Shown piece after piece: positions 29,429 through 39,107 of a stretch of 64,000 nucleotides of DNA. Positions within the stretch are counted from its first letter, which is position 1. The number at the start of each line of letters is the position of its first letter. The notes under the pieces were generated by a model. It saw only the letters and a list, made by a program, of their open reading frames with translations, was not told the DNA's origin and did not search any database. Source of the DNA: an uncultured Acidobacteriota bacterium (GTDB lineage: Bacteria; Acidobacteriota; Vicinamibacteria; Vicinamibacterales; SCN-69-37); the NCBI GenBank assembly GCA_963764505.1, contig CAVXSP010000001.1:3316614-3380613 (forward strand), in the 5' to 3' direction. Position numbers and translations under genes: made by a program.

Positions 29429-29488
29429 GGGAGACAGGAGTCTACTGCAACTCCGTTCGCGCGCGACGGCAACCGCCCGCGCCAGTGC

Positions 29489-30514
29489 TCATCTCAGCGG
29501 CTCGACCGAGTTCCGCTCGGACATGACGGGCTCGGCCGCACCCTCGGGTTCGGGAATCAGCACGCGCCGGACGATCCGAGCCTGCCGCTCGCTGTCTTCT
29601 CCGTTCTCCTCGTAGTGGCTCGCGATCACCTGCATGCCGCGCTGCCGCGCGTTGGCCGCCATGCGCTTCCACAGCGCGGAGCTCTCCTCGAGCGCCCGCA
29701 GCGCCGCCCAGAGCGCCTGGTCCAGCGCGTCGGTCTTGCCGCTCATCAGGGTGTCGCCGCTGTAGCGGTGTCCGACATGACACCGGTACTGCAGCAGTTC
29801 CCCCTCCTGATGCTCCCAGAGCGCGCCTCCACAGTCCGGACAGGTGAACGGCGCCGGGATTCCCAGGCGCTCGGGGTGGTGGAGATCGTCGGCGCCGGCT
29901 TCGGCGACGTCGCGCGGAACCCTCGGCATCGCGGCGTCCTCCTGGACCTGCTCCCCGGCGATTCGGACGAGCATCGGCGCGAGGGAGTCGACGCCGAGCA
30001 CGTGATCCACCTTGACGTGCCGGATCGCCGCCTGCGGCATTCCGGGCGCGAGGGCGTCCTCGGGCGACTGGACCACCGCGATTCCGCCGTGCGTCTTGAT
30101 GACCGCCAGCCCCACGGCCCCGTCGTCCTGTCCGCCCGAGAGCACGACTCCGATGACCCGCCGGCGATGCGCCACGGCGGCGGTGCGAAACAGCGGGTCG
30201 ACCGCCGGCCGGAAGCGATGCTCCCGCGGGCCGCGGGTGACGCGCACGTAGTCACTCTTCAGGAGGAGATGGCGATCGGGCGGAGCGATGTAGATCTGGC
30301 CCGGACGAATGGGCTCGCCGTCGCTGGCGTACCTGGCCGGCAGCGGCCCCGCGCGGGACAGGATCCGGTCGACGAGCCCGGGGCTGCCCGTGGACGTGTG
30401 CACTGCGATGAACAGCGACGCGCTGAAGTCCTCCGGCAGGGCCGCCACGATCCGGAGCAAGGCTTCCAGTGCGCCGGTCGATCCGCCCACGACGATGATG
30501 TTGCGCACCGCCAA
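29489..30514 (-). CDS. Stand-alone CheB-type methylesterase domain protein with C-terminal zinc-ribbon/helical extension (no receiver domain)
   Basis: 341 aa. IIVVGGSTGALEAL...GVVLSGGQDDGAVG...; C-terminal FTCPDCGGALWE...YRCHVGH. Confidence 0.75.
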   Translation of the reverse strand: MAVRNIIVVGGSTGALEALLRIVAALPEDFSASLFIAVHTSTGSPGLVDRILSRAGPLPARYASDGEPIRPGQIYIAPPDRHLLLKSDYVRVTRGPREHRFRPAVDPLFRTAAVAHRRRVIGVVLSGGQDDGAVGLAVIKTHGGIAVVQSPEDALAPGMPQAAIRHVKVDHVLGVDSLAPMLVRIAGEQVQEDAAMPRVPRDVAEAGADDLHHPERLGIPAPFTCPDCGGALWEHQEGELLQYRCHVGHRYSGDTLMSGKTDALDQALWAALRALEESSALWKRMAANARQRGMQVIASHYEENGEDSERQARIVRRVLIPEPEGAAEPVMSERNSVEPLR

Positions 30515-30580
30515 CGTGGTACCTCGTTCGGTACCTCGATTCTGACACAGCGCGCCGGCTGCGGCTTCCGATTTCCCGGA

Positions 30581-32047
30581 CTAGATGACCCGATACCAAC
30601 TGACGACGAACACTCCACCCGCGACGATGAGCGAAATCCAGACAACCAGGTCGCCCCAGCGGCTGTAGAACGTGCGTTGGCCGAGCAGGCGCACGTCGAC
30701 GACGAGCGCGCGCGGCTCGAAGATTCCGGTCTCGACGAGGACCCGCCCGTACGGATCGACGACGCCGGAGATACCCGTGTTGGCGGCCCGGACCACGTAG
30801 CGTCCCTCTTCGACGGCCCGCACCGCTCCCTGATCGAAATGCTGATACGCGGCCGAGGATCGGCCGAACCAGGCGTCGTTCGTGATGATCGCCAGGAGCT
30901 GGCTCCCGCGTTGAACGAATGCCCGAGCGATCCAGGGATAGACCGACTCGTAGCAGATCGCGACACTCACGCGGCGTCCATTCCCGACGTCGAAAACGTG
31001 CGGATCGGTGCCCGGCGAGAAGTCCCCCGCCGCCTCGACCAGCGGCCCGACGAAGAACAGCGCACGCTTGAGCGGGACGTACTCGCCGAAAGGCACGAGC
31101 ATCATCTTCCGGTAGGTCCCGTGCGACCGGCCGTCGGGGCCGACGAGGACCGCCGCGTTGTAGTAGCGGTCGCCCGACGGCGTGCGCTCGAACTCATCCG
31201 AGCCGACGAGCAGCGGCGTGCGGGTCTCGGCGGCGAGCCGACGCACCGGCGCCGCCTGCGCGGCATCGGCATCGAAGTAGAACGGCGTCGAAGACTCCGG
31301 CCAGATGACGAGCTTCGCGCCCAGAGCCACGGCCTGCCGGCTCAGCGCGATGTGGCGGTCCATGATTACTCGCGCGTAGGCCGGGTCCCATTTTTCGAGC
31401 TGCTCGACGTCGCCCTGCACGAGGCCCACGCGAAACGGCTCGCCTTCCTTCGCGAGCCGGCCGTCGGCGACGCGCGTCATGCCGGCGATCGACAGCGCGA
31501 CGAGCAGCGCCGCCACGGCGGCAGCGCCCCAGAGATGGATCCGTCGCCGGCTCGAGGCCACGGCAGCGGCCGCCGCTCCGACGAGCGCGATGATCCAGGA
31601 GAGGCCGTAGACGCCGACGACGCTGGCCGACTGGACGATGGGCAGGACGCGCGCCTGCGACGTGCCCAGCAGGACCCAGGGGAATGCGAAGCCGATCGTC
31701 GCGCGCAGCCATTCCGTGGCGACCCAGCAGAACGGCGCCAGCCACACGCCGCTGACCCCATGGGTGCGCACGGCGCGGGCCGTGAGGAGCGCGAACAGCG
31801 CCGGATAAATCGCCTGCGAGGCGACCATCAAGGCCTCGACGACGAGCGCCACGGGCGTGGTCAGGCCGCCGTAGGCGGCGACGACGTCCATGACCCAATA
31901 CACGGTCCCGGTGAAGTAGACCGCGCCCGAGAGAAAGCCAAGCCAGACGATGCGTGCGCCCGGTCCCCATCGCGACCGCCGCGCCGAGTCGGCATCGACG
32001 CTGCCGGCGGCCAGACGTCCGGGATCCCAGCGCCGCTGCTCGAGCAC
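30581..32047 (-). CDS. lnt: Apolipoprotein N-acyltransferase; coordinates run to the first canonical start, but homology continues upstream to ~32143
   Basis: 488 aa as called. CN-hydrolase part with VGLVQGDV...VAICYESVYP. The in-frame upstream sequence AVLSGLLLVFSFPKFGHPAFAWISLTPLLVAI looks like Lnt TM1 but has no ATG/GTG/TTG before it. Confidence 0.8.
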   Translation of the reverse strand: MLEQRRWDPGRLAAGSVDADSARRSRWGPGARIVWLGFLSGAVYFTGTVYWVMDVVAAYGGLTTPVALVVEALMVASQAIYPALFALLTARAVRTHGVSGVWLAPFCWVATEWLRATIGFAFPWVLLGTSQARVLPIVQSASVVGVYGLSWIIALVGAAAAAVASSRRRIHLWGAAAVAALLVALSIAGMTRVADGRLAKEGEPFRVGLVQGDVEQLEKWDPAYARVIMDRHIALSRQAVALGAKLVIWPESSTPFYFDADAAQAAPVRRLAAETRTPLLVGSDEFERTPSGDRYYNAAVLVGPDGRSHGTYRKMMLVPFGEYVPLKRALFFVGPLVEAAGDFSPGTDPHVFDVGNGRRVSVAICYESVYPWIARAFVQRGSQLLAIITNDAWFGRSSAAYQHFDQGAVRAVEEGRYVVRAANTGISGVVDPYGRVLVETGIFEPRALVVDVRLLGQRTFYSRWGDLVVWISLIVAGGVFVVSWYRVI

Positions 32048-32142
32048 AATCGCGACGAGGAGCGGCGTCAGCGAGATCCAGGCGAACGCCGGGTGTCCGA
32101 ACTTCGGGAAGCTGAAGACGAGGAGAAGGCCGGAGAGGACCG

Positions 32143-32793
32143 CTAGCGCTTGAGTAACGGCTTGTACCCCTCGGTCGCGAGTGTCTTCAGCATGCGATCG
32201 GCGTCCGCTCGCGCCGGATACGGCCCGACACGGACCTTGTAGCGGGGACCTGGCGTCGCGGCCGGTTCCGTGAACACGAATGCGGGATAGCCCTTGCCCC
32301 GCAGCTTGGCCGCTTCACTGGCGGCGACGCCGCTGGCGGTGAACGCGCCGACCTGCACGACCCACCCGCTCGCAGCCGCGGCGGCGCTCGGCGCGGGAGC
32401 CGATTCGGCCGGTCGTGGCGGCGGCGCGGCAGCCTGCTCCGGGCGCGCCTTCGCCGGATGGGAGGTGCGCTCGGCGGCCGGCGATGGCGGCGCCTCCGCG
32501 GCCGGTTCTTCGGCTGCCGGCGGCGGGGGCGCGATCTTCGACGGATCCTGTCCACCTTGAAGCGCCTGCGGATAGCTCAACTCGGCCGGGGTCGTCTCGG
32601 TCGGGGCCGGCGCTTCGGCGGCGGGCGGCGCCGCGCCGGGCATCTGCGCCGCCTGCGCGGAGACGGCCCGCATGTCGCGCCCGACCGACACACCAAGGAG
32701 GAAGACGACGACGGTCAGGACAACGGCGCACATGAACAGAAACACGAGCTGCTTGCCGCTCAGTTGAATCTCGCGGAAGCTCTGGTCAGGCAT
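32143..32793 (-). CDS. SPOR domain-containing (peptidoglycan-binding, division-associated) protein
   Basis: 216 aa. N-terminal TM anchor, long Pro/Ala linker, C-terminal WVVQVGAFTASGVAASEAAKLRGKGYPAFV...YKVRVGPYPARADADRMLKTL (SPOR). Confidence 0.75.
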   Translation of the reverse strand: MPDQSFREIQLSGKQLVFLFMCAVVLTVVVFLLGVSVGRDMRAVSAQAAQMPGAAPPAAEAPAPTETTPAELSYPQALQGGQDPSKIAPPPPAAEEPAAEAPPSPAAERTSHPAKARPEQAAAPPPRPAESAPAPSAAAAASGWVVQVGAFTASGVAASEAAKLRGKGYPAFVFTEPAATPGPRYKVRVGPYPARADADRMLKTLATEGYKPLLKR

Positions 32794-32827
32794 CGAGTTG
32801 ACGGAATTCTAGCACGCGAATCCGGCG

Positions 32828-34483
32828 CTATCGGCTCGTCCGGGCGAGCAGCGCCTTGCCTTCGGGAGAATCGGGGCGCATCGCGAGCACGCGCTCCGCC
32901 TGCGCACGCGCGGCCGCCTTCTCGCCGGCCGCGAGCAAGGCAGTGCCGAGAGCGAGCCTGGCTTCGACCGATTCGCGGCACCAGATGGCGACCTTGAACT
33001 CGTCGGTCGCCTCCGGCAGCCGTCCGGCGCGCTCGTACAACCGGCCGAGGAGCAGATGCGGCTCGTCCTGATACGGCGACAGGTAGATCGCCCGACGCAG
33101 CGCGTCAATCGCTTCGCGATCCCGCTTGGCCTCGAACAATCGCCGGCCTTCCTTGAGGTGAAAGTCGGCCACCTCCTGCTGCTCGCGCTGCATCGCATTG
33201 CCGTTGGTGAGGACGCGGCGCTCCGCCGCCTCGTCGAGCGCGCCCGGCAGGCGCTCGAGTCCCGAGGGCACCTGCCTGGGCGGCGCGCCAGCCGCCCCGC
33301 CGCCGCCGCCGAGCAGCGTGGCCAGGTCCAGTTCACGCTTCGCTTCGACGGACCTGCCGGTCGACGCGAGGAGGCTGCTCATCACCAGATGCGCGGCGCC
33401 GTCGGCCGCGTCGAACCTCACGGCCTGGCGCAGCCAGAAGAGCGCGGACGAGGTGTCCTGCGCGAGCGCGTACGCGTAGCCGAGATTGAACAGGTACTCC
33501 GTCTGCTCCGGTGCCTGGTCGACCGCCCTGCGGAACAGCGTCGTCGCCGAGGGGCCGTCTGCGTCCGCGCCCCGGCGGAGCTGCACGACGCCGAGCGCGC
33601 TCGACAGCGCGGGCGACGGATGCTCCGCCTGGAGATCGCTCAGCGTCTTGAACGCCTCGTTCAGTCGGCCGAGCTCGATCAGCGACAGCCCCGCCAGGAA
33701 TCGCGCCTTGTCCGCGAGCGGCGCATCGGACGGCACGTTCTTCGCGGCGGCGAGCGCCTTGGCATGGTCCCCTTCGTCCGTGTAGACGCTCCAGAGCGCG
33801 ACCAGCACCCGTCCGTCGCGGCGCGCACCATGGTAGGCGGCCTCGAGAAACTTCTGGCGCGTGGCCGGCGCGACGGCGATGAGCCCCTTGACGTAGCTCT
33901 CGAACACGTCCGGCGGCAGGGGCGGATCCTGTTCGGGCCGGGGGCTCGCCGCCGCGAGCGGACGGCCCGTCGCACGGGCAATCGATGACGCCAGCCGCTC
34001 GACGACCGGAGACATCTCGCCGGTCGGACCCGCCTGCTGCACGTCGGCCAGCTGCTCGCCCCGATCCAGTCGAATGAGGCGGGCGCGGATCGTGAGTCGC
34101 GCGCCCGTATGGATTTCGCCGATGACGATCTCGGAGGCGCCCAGCAGCTCGCCGACCCGGATGGTCGTCGCGCGGGTGAGCGGCGAGAGCGACGGCAACT
34201 GGAGGCGTTCGAACGCGCCGACCCGCTCGTCGCGAGACACCGTCTGCAGGCCGAGCGCGTCGAGGTCCTCGGCCAGGAGAATGGCCGCGGCCTCCCCGAG
34301 CCAGGCGACACCGGCTCCTTCGGCCGCTGCCACCGAGTCCACCTGGACGGGGAACGGCATGACGAGCACGCGTGCGCCCGGCGGCGGGCCGGGCGCAGCC
34401 GCCTCAGGCCGCGCCGCGGGCCGAGAAACGGCGAGGGCCACTCCGATCATGATCGCGAGGAGAGGTGGCCGGGCGCGCATCAT
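32828..34483 (-). CDS. TPR-repeat protein with N-terminal signal sequence
   Basis: Start MMRARPPLLAIMIGVALAV (34483) in an ATGA overlap with the upstream stop. Multiple TPR-like helical repeats (…AIDALRRAIYLSPYQDEPHLLLGRLYERAGRLPEA…). Confidence 0.65.
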   Translation of the reverse strand: MMRARPPLLAIMIGVALAVSRPAARPEAAAPGPPPGARVLVMPFPVQVDSVAAAEGAGVAWLGEAAAILLAEDLDALGLQTVSRDERVGAFERLQLPSLSPLTRATTIRVGELLGASEIVIGEIHTGARLTIRARLIRLDRGEQLADVQQAGPTGEMSPVVERLASSIARATGRPLAAASPRPEQDPPLPPDVFESYVKGLIAVAPATRQKFLEAAYHGARRDGRVLVALWSVYTDEGDHAKALAAAKNVPSDAPLADKARFLAGLSLIELGRLNEAFKTLSDLQAEHPSPALSSALGVVQLRRGADADGPSATTLFRRAVDQAPEQTEYLFNLGYAYALAQDTSSALFWLRQAVRFDAADGAAHLVMSSLLASTGRSVEAKRELDLATLLGGGGGAAGAPPRQVPSGLERLPGALDEAAERRVLTNGNAMQREQQEVADFHLKEGRRLFEAKRDREAIDALRRAIYLSPYQDEPHLLLGRLYERAGRLPEATDEFKVAIWCRESVEARLALGTALLAAGEKAAARAQAERVLAMRPDSPEGKALLARTSR

Positions 34484-35127
34484 GCGGCGATCGCCGGATC
34501 GACGACGACGGGCGCGTCGGAGAGGTCGAGCGAGATGACGCAGTGCGCGCCGTCGACGGCGTGGCACCGGTCGATGCGCGCCCGGACCGCCACGCCGAAC
34601 GCGGCGAGCGTGCCGGCGGCGAGCGCCATGTAGAACCCGCAGAGCGGCAGCCGCTGGGGCTCGCGCACCGCGCAGAAGACGGAATCGCGGATCTCGAGGC
34701 GCGCGTCGCCCCGGCCGACGCGCACCGACGTCCGGCTGCTGCTGCAGACGTGCCGCACGATTCTCGACGCAATGCGGAGAGCCGCCCGGGCGCGCCACGT
34801 CCGCGGCAGCAGCGCGATCAGACGACGCTCGGGCGCGGGCATGGCGGCAATCGTCCAGTCGGCCGCGAGCTGGCCCGCCCGGGCGACGATCTCGGCGTAG
34901 GTCGGCTCCAGCCGCAGAAAGCCGAGCACCGCGGTCATCGGCGCCAGACCGATTCCACGGCCGCGCGGCGCGCCCGATCGCAGCCATTCCTCGTAGAACT
35001 CGAGGCGATCGGGCGACAGGTCGCCGATGGCCTCGTGCAGGCCGGCCGTGAGCAGGCGACCGACGCGGTTCGACGCGGTTCTCCCGCCGTGGCGCTCGGC
35101 GCCACTCACGGCCGCCCCCGCGGGCAC
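34480..35127 (-). CDS. Hypothetical protein (possible V4R-like ligand-binding fold, tentative)
   Basis: 215 aa, GTG start. C-terminal ...CGFYMALAAGTLAAFG...CHAVDGAHCVISLDL. Translationally coupled to the TPR gene. Confidence 0.45.
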   Translation of the reverse strand: MPAGAAVSGAERHGGRTASNRVGRLLTAGLHEAIGDLSPDRLEFYEEWLRSGAPRGRGIGLAPMTAVLGFLRLEPTYAEIVARAGQLAADWTIAAMPAPERRLIALLPRTWRARAALRIASRIVRHVCSSSRTSVRVGRGDARLEIRDSVFCAVREPQRLPLCGFYMALAAGTLAAFGVAVRARIDRCHAVDGAHCVISLDLSDAPVVVDPAIAA

Positions 35128-35180
35128 ACCGGCGCCGCGCGGCGCGCCGCGCGCGCGTTCTTTGTCATGATGGTGCGCGA

Positions 35181-35765
35181 ATGGGCCTTCAACTCGCCGC
35201 CGCCATTCTCGCCGGCGGGCGCGCCCGCCGCTTTGGCGGGCGCGACAAGAGCCGGCTGCTCGTCCAGGGTCGTCCCATCATCAACCGACAGCTGGACGTC
35301 CTGCAACAGCTTACCAGCCGAATCTTCATCGTCGCGCGCGAGAGGGCGCCCTTCACGGATCTCGGCGTGCCGGTGCACGTGGATCTCATCGCCGACGCCG
35401 GCGCGCTGGGCGGCATCTACACGGCGCTCGAAACCGCCGACGCGGAGCGCGTGCTCACGGTCGGCTGCGATCTGCCGTTCCTGAATGTGGGACTCCTCGC
35501 GCGGCTGGCGGCGATCGCGGGGGAGCATGATGGCGCGTGGGTCCGCACCATCCGCGGCCCGGAACCCCTGCTCGCGTGCTACCGGCGATCGGCGCGCGCG
35601 CAGATCCGGTCGCAGATCGAGGCGGGAGCGCTGAAGGCGTCCGATCTCGGATCCGTGCTGGATCTCGCCGAGCTCGGCGACCTCGACGTGCAGCAGTTCG
35701 GCTCCGCCGAGCGTCTGCTGGCCAACGTCAACACGCCCGAGGACTACGACCGCGTGCGGGAGTAA
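35181..35765 (+). CDS. mobA: Molybdenum cofactor guanylyltransferase
   Basis: 194 aa. AAILAGGRARRFGGRDKSRL...VGCDLPFL typical of MobA. Confidence 0.75.
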   Translation: MGLQLAAAILAGGRARRFGGRDKSRLLVQGRPIINRQLDVLQQLTSRIFIVARERAPFTDLGVPVHVDLIADAGALGGIYTALETADAERVLTVGCDLPFLNVGLLARLAAIAGEHDGAWVRTIRGPEPLLACYRRSARAQIRSQIEAGALKASDLGSVLDLAELGDLDVQQFGSAERLLANVNTPEDYDRVRE

Positions 35766-35794
35766 CGACGCCGACACGCTAACATGGTGTCGAC

Positions 35795-37804
35795 ATGATG
35801 CTTCCCGTTCACGCCGCCGTCCGCTCGCGCCTGCAGGACGCGCTGATGGCGGCCTTCGACCTGCCTCGCGCGGAGCAGCCCGCCATCGTGATCGAGACGC
35901 CTCCGTCCCGTGCCTTCGGAGACCTCGCGGTGCCGGTGGCGTTCGAACTGGCGCGACGGCTGCGCAAGGCCCCGCGCGCGATCGCCCAGACGCTGGCGGG
36001 CAGCATCGGCGCGATCGACGGCGTCGCGCGCGTCGAGGCGGCGCCGAACGGTTACTTGAACTTCTACCTCGATCGCGCCGCCTTCCTGATCTCACGGCTC
36101 GGCCCGGAGGGCGTGGGTGAGCGACCCGCGGGCGCGACGCCCCCCGAAAAAGTGGTCGTCGAGCACACCGCGATCAACCCGAACAAGGCGGCCCACGTGG
36201 GCCACCTGCGGAACGCGGCGCTCGGCGATACGCTCGTGCGGCTGCTGCGCTTCCAGGGCGCGCACGTCGAGGTGCAGAACTACATCGACGATACGGGCGT
36301 GCAGGTGGCCGACGTTGTCGTCGGGTTCACCGAGATCGAGGGTCGAGACCTCGCGGCGGTGCGCGCCCTCGCCGCGGACCCGGCCGTCCGGTTCGACTAC
36401 TACTGTTGGGATCTCTACGCCCGCGTCACGGAGTGGTACGAAGGCGACCCCGCGCGGCTCGCCATCCGGGCGCGTGCGCTGCACGCCATCGAAGAGGGCG
36501 GGAACCCGCTCGCCGAGCTGGCTGCGGTCATCGCGGATCGCATCGTCCGCTGCCACATCCGCACCATGGGCAGGCTGAACGTCGGCTACGACCTGCTGAC
36601 CTGGGAGGGCGACATCCTGCGCCTGCACTTCTGGGCGACCGCGTTCGAGCAGCTCAAGGCGAGGGGGGCCGTGTTCCTGCAGGACGAAGGCCGTCTGAAG
36701 GGCTGCTGGGTGATGACCATCGAGGAACCCGAAAGCGCTGCCGTCGACGCCGAGAGCGAGCCCGACAACGAGCAGCGCGAGAAGGTGATCGTGCGGTCCA
36801 ACGGGACGGTCACCTACGTCGGCAAGGACATCGCCAATCAGTTCTGGAAGTTCGGTCTGCTCGGCCGCGACTTCGCGTACCGGGTCTTCGCCCGGCGCGA
36901 CGGCTGCGTGCTCTGGGCGACGACGTCGGGCGCAGACGAGGTCCACGAGCACCCGGCATTCGGCCGGGCCTCCGCCGTCTACAACGTCATCGACTCGCGC
37001 CAGGCGTATCTGCAGCAGCTGCTGAAGCAGGCGCTCGTGGCCATGGGGTATGCCGGGCAGGCGGAGCGGTCGACCCATTTCTCGTACGAGATGGTCGCGC
37101 TGACGCACGCCACGGCACGCGCGCTCGGCTTCGAGGCCGCCGCGAGCGCCGACAAGCCGTTCGTCGAGGTCTCCGGCCGGAAGGGGCTCGGCGTCAAGGC
37201 CGACGACCTGCTCGACCGGCTCGTCGAGACCGCCGCGCGCGAGGTCGCGTCGCGCAACCCCGAACTGGCCGGTGACGTCCGCCTCCGGATCGCGGAACAG
37301 ATTGGCACCGCCGCGGTCCGCTACTTCCTGATCAAGTACTCCAGGGGCAAGGTGATCGCGTTCGACATCGACGAGGCACTGAGCTTCGAGGGCGAGACCG
37401 GGCCCTACCTGCAGTACGCGGTGGTGCGCGCCAACAACATCTTCGCCAAGCTGCGCGAGCGCGACGGGGTGGACGAGTCCGGCGTCGTGAAGCTCACCGA
37501 GACGGCGGGGCGCGATCCGATCGAGCAGGGCCCGGACGCCGAGGAGCTCTGGACGCTGGCGCTCGAGGCGGGGCGTCTCGACGAGGTCGTGGACGCCAGC
37601 GTGCGGTCGCTCGAGCCCGCGCTGCTCGCGAAATACGCCTTCGGGCTCGCGCAGGCGTTCAACGCCTTCTATCACCGACAGCAGATTCTGCGGGAGGAGC
37701 GGCTCGACGCGCGCGCGTGGCGCGCGGCGGCGGTTCTGTACGTGCGACGGCAGCTCACGCGCGCACTGGATCTGATGGGCTGCGACGTGCCGGCCAGGAT
37801 GTGA
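35795..37804 (+). CDS. argS: Arginine--tRNA ligase
   Basis: 669 aa. Class I HIGH-type motif AAHVGHLRNAALGD. C-terminal anticodon-binding DALR-like region ending ...DVPARM. Confidence 0.85.
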   Translation: MMLPVHAAVRSRLQDALMAAFDLPRAEQPAIVIETPPSRAFGDLAVPVAFELARRLRKAPRAIAQTLAGSIGAIDGVARVEAAPNGYLNFYLDRAAFLISRLGPEGVGERPAGATPPEKVVVEHTAINPNKAAHVGHLRNAALGDTLVRLLRFQGAHVEVQNYIDDTGVQVADVVVGFTEIEGRDLAAVRALAADPAVRFDYYCWDLYARVTEWYEGDPARLAIRARALHAIEEGGNPLAELAAVIADRIVRCHIRTMGRLNVGYDLLTWEGDILRLHFWATAFEQLKARGAVFLQDEGRLKGCWVMTIEEPESAAVDAESEPDNEQREKVIVRSNGTVTYVGKDIANQFWKFGLLGRDFAYRVFARRDGCVLWATTSGADEVHEHPAFGRASAVYNVIDSRQAYLQQLLKQALVAMGYAGQAERSTHFSYEMVALTHATARALGFEAAASADKPFVEVSGRKGLGVKADDLLDRLVETAAREVASRNPELAGDVRLRIAEQIGTAAVRYFLIKYSRGKVIAFDIDEALSFEGETGPYLQYAVVRANNIFAKLRERDGVDESGVVKLTETAGRDPIEQGPDAEELWTLALEAGRLDEVVDASVRSLEPALLAKYAFGLAQAFNAFYHRQQILREERLDARAWRAAAVLYVRRQLTRALDLMGCDVPARM

Positions 37805-37808
37805 GTCG

Positions 37809-39107
37809 TCAGGCCGGGTCTCCGGCGTGGTCTGCCGCGAACAGCGCGACCACCTCGACGTGCGGCGTGTTGGGGAACAGATCGAACGCCTCGATCGAGC
37901 GCAGTTCGTAGCCAGCGGCGACGAGCTTCAGCCCGTCTCTTGCGAGCGTCGGCGGGTCGCACGAGACGTACACGATTCGAGGCGCACCCGCGGCCGCGAG
38001 GTGCGCCATCGCCGCAGGAGAGACGCCCGCCCGCGGCGGATCGAGCACGATGACGTCCGACCGCGGCCACTCGCCTCGACCGCCGAAGGCTTCGACCGCG
38101 AGCGACGCGACCTGGAGACGCGCGCCGTGAGCCTTCGCATTGAGCCGCAGATCCGCGACGCTGACCGGATCGCTCTCGACGGCGACGACGCGGCTGCCGT
38201 GGGCGGCGAGGGCCACCGCGAACAGGCCGACGCCCGCGTAGAGGTCGAGACACCGCTCTCCCTCCCCGACCTCCAGGACGCGCCGCACGAGCGCACCCAG
38301 AAGGAACCGGTTGCCCTGAAAGAACGATCCGGCCTGACGCCTCCACGTGACCGCCGGATCGATTGGCGGGCTGCCGCCGAACACGTCCGCGGCGGTATCG
38401 CTGACGCGGGCGCTTCCATCGACGACGACGGTCCGCAGCCCTTCGGCGCGCGTGACGCCCGTCACGCGCGGCAGCCGATCGACGCTGAGACGCAGCCCAT
38501 GGAGACGTCCGGACACACGCGGCACGACGTGCAGCACGCGCTCGGTGGCCTCGACGTTCTCCGCGATGAGGATCTCGTCGACGTCCGCCAGCCGCGCGCC
38601 GAGACCGGCGGCGAGCGCGTCGGCCGCCGGCATCGCGTCCGGGTGCAGCTGCCCCGTCGGTCCGGGGTCGCACACGACGTGGGACGCCTCGCGGAAGAAC
38701 CCGATCCGCCGGCCGCGAACGTGCAGGCGCGCGCGGAGCCGGTACCCCGACTCGGCCGAGGCCCGGACCACCGGCGCCTGCGGCAGCTCGATCCGGCCGA
38801 TGCGACGGAAGGCATCCACGATGACGTCCGCCTTGAGCTGGAGCTGGCGCGGATAGCGGATGTGCGCGTAGTGCGCGCCGCCGCACGCGGGATCGCATGC
38901 GTGGGGGCGGCGGTCCTCACTCGGCTCGATCACCTCGACGGTGTCCGCCCACGCCATGCTGCGCGTCGCGCGCTCCAGCCGCGCCAGCACCCGCTCGCCC
39001 GGCACGGCCCCGGACACGAGGACGACGCGGCCGTCGTGGCGGGCCAGCATCCGCCCGCCGGCCACCGGCCGCTCAATCACCAGATCGAGGAGAGAAGGCT
39101 TTTCCAC
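37809..39107 (-). CDS. TrmA/RlmD-family RNA (uracil-5-)-methyltransferase with N-terminal TRAM-like domain
   Basis: ORF 37809..39167. TRAM-like LDLVIERPVAGGRMLARHDGRVVLVSGAVPGERV. SAM-binding LDLYAGVGLFAVALA and VLDPPRAG, C-terminal FDLFPNTPHVE. Start is GTG 39107 (inside the palindromic repeat) or GTG 39080. Confidence 0.75.
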   Translation of the reverse strand: MEKPSLLDLVIERPVAGGRMLARHDGRVVLVSGAVPGERVLARLERATRSMAWADTVEVIEPSEDRRPHACDPACGGAHYAHIRYPRQLQLKADVIVDAFRRIGRIELPQAPVVRASAESGYRLRARLHVRGRRIGFFREASHVVCDPGPTGQLHPDAMPAADALAAGLGARLADVDEILIAENVEATERVLHVVPRVSGRLHGLRLSVDRLPRVTGVTRAEGLRTVVVDGSARVSDTAADVFGGSPPIDPAVTWRRQAGSFFQGNRFLLGALVRRVLEVGEGERCLDLYAGVGLFAVALAAHGSRVVAVESDPVSVADLRLNAKAHGARLQVASLAVEAFGGRGEWPRSDVIVLDPPRAGVSPAAMAHLAAAGAPRIVYVSCDPPTLARDGLKLVAAGYELRSIEAFDLFPNTPHVEVVALFAADHAGDPA

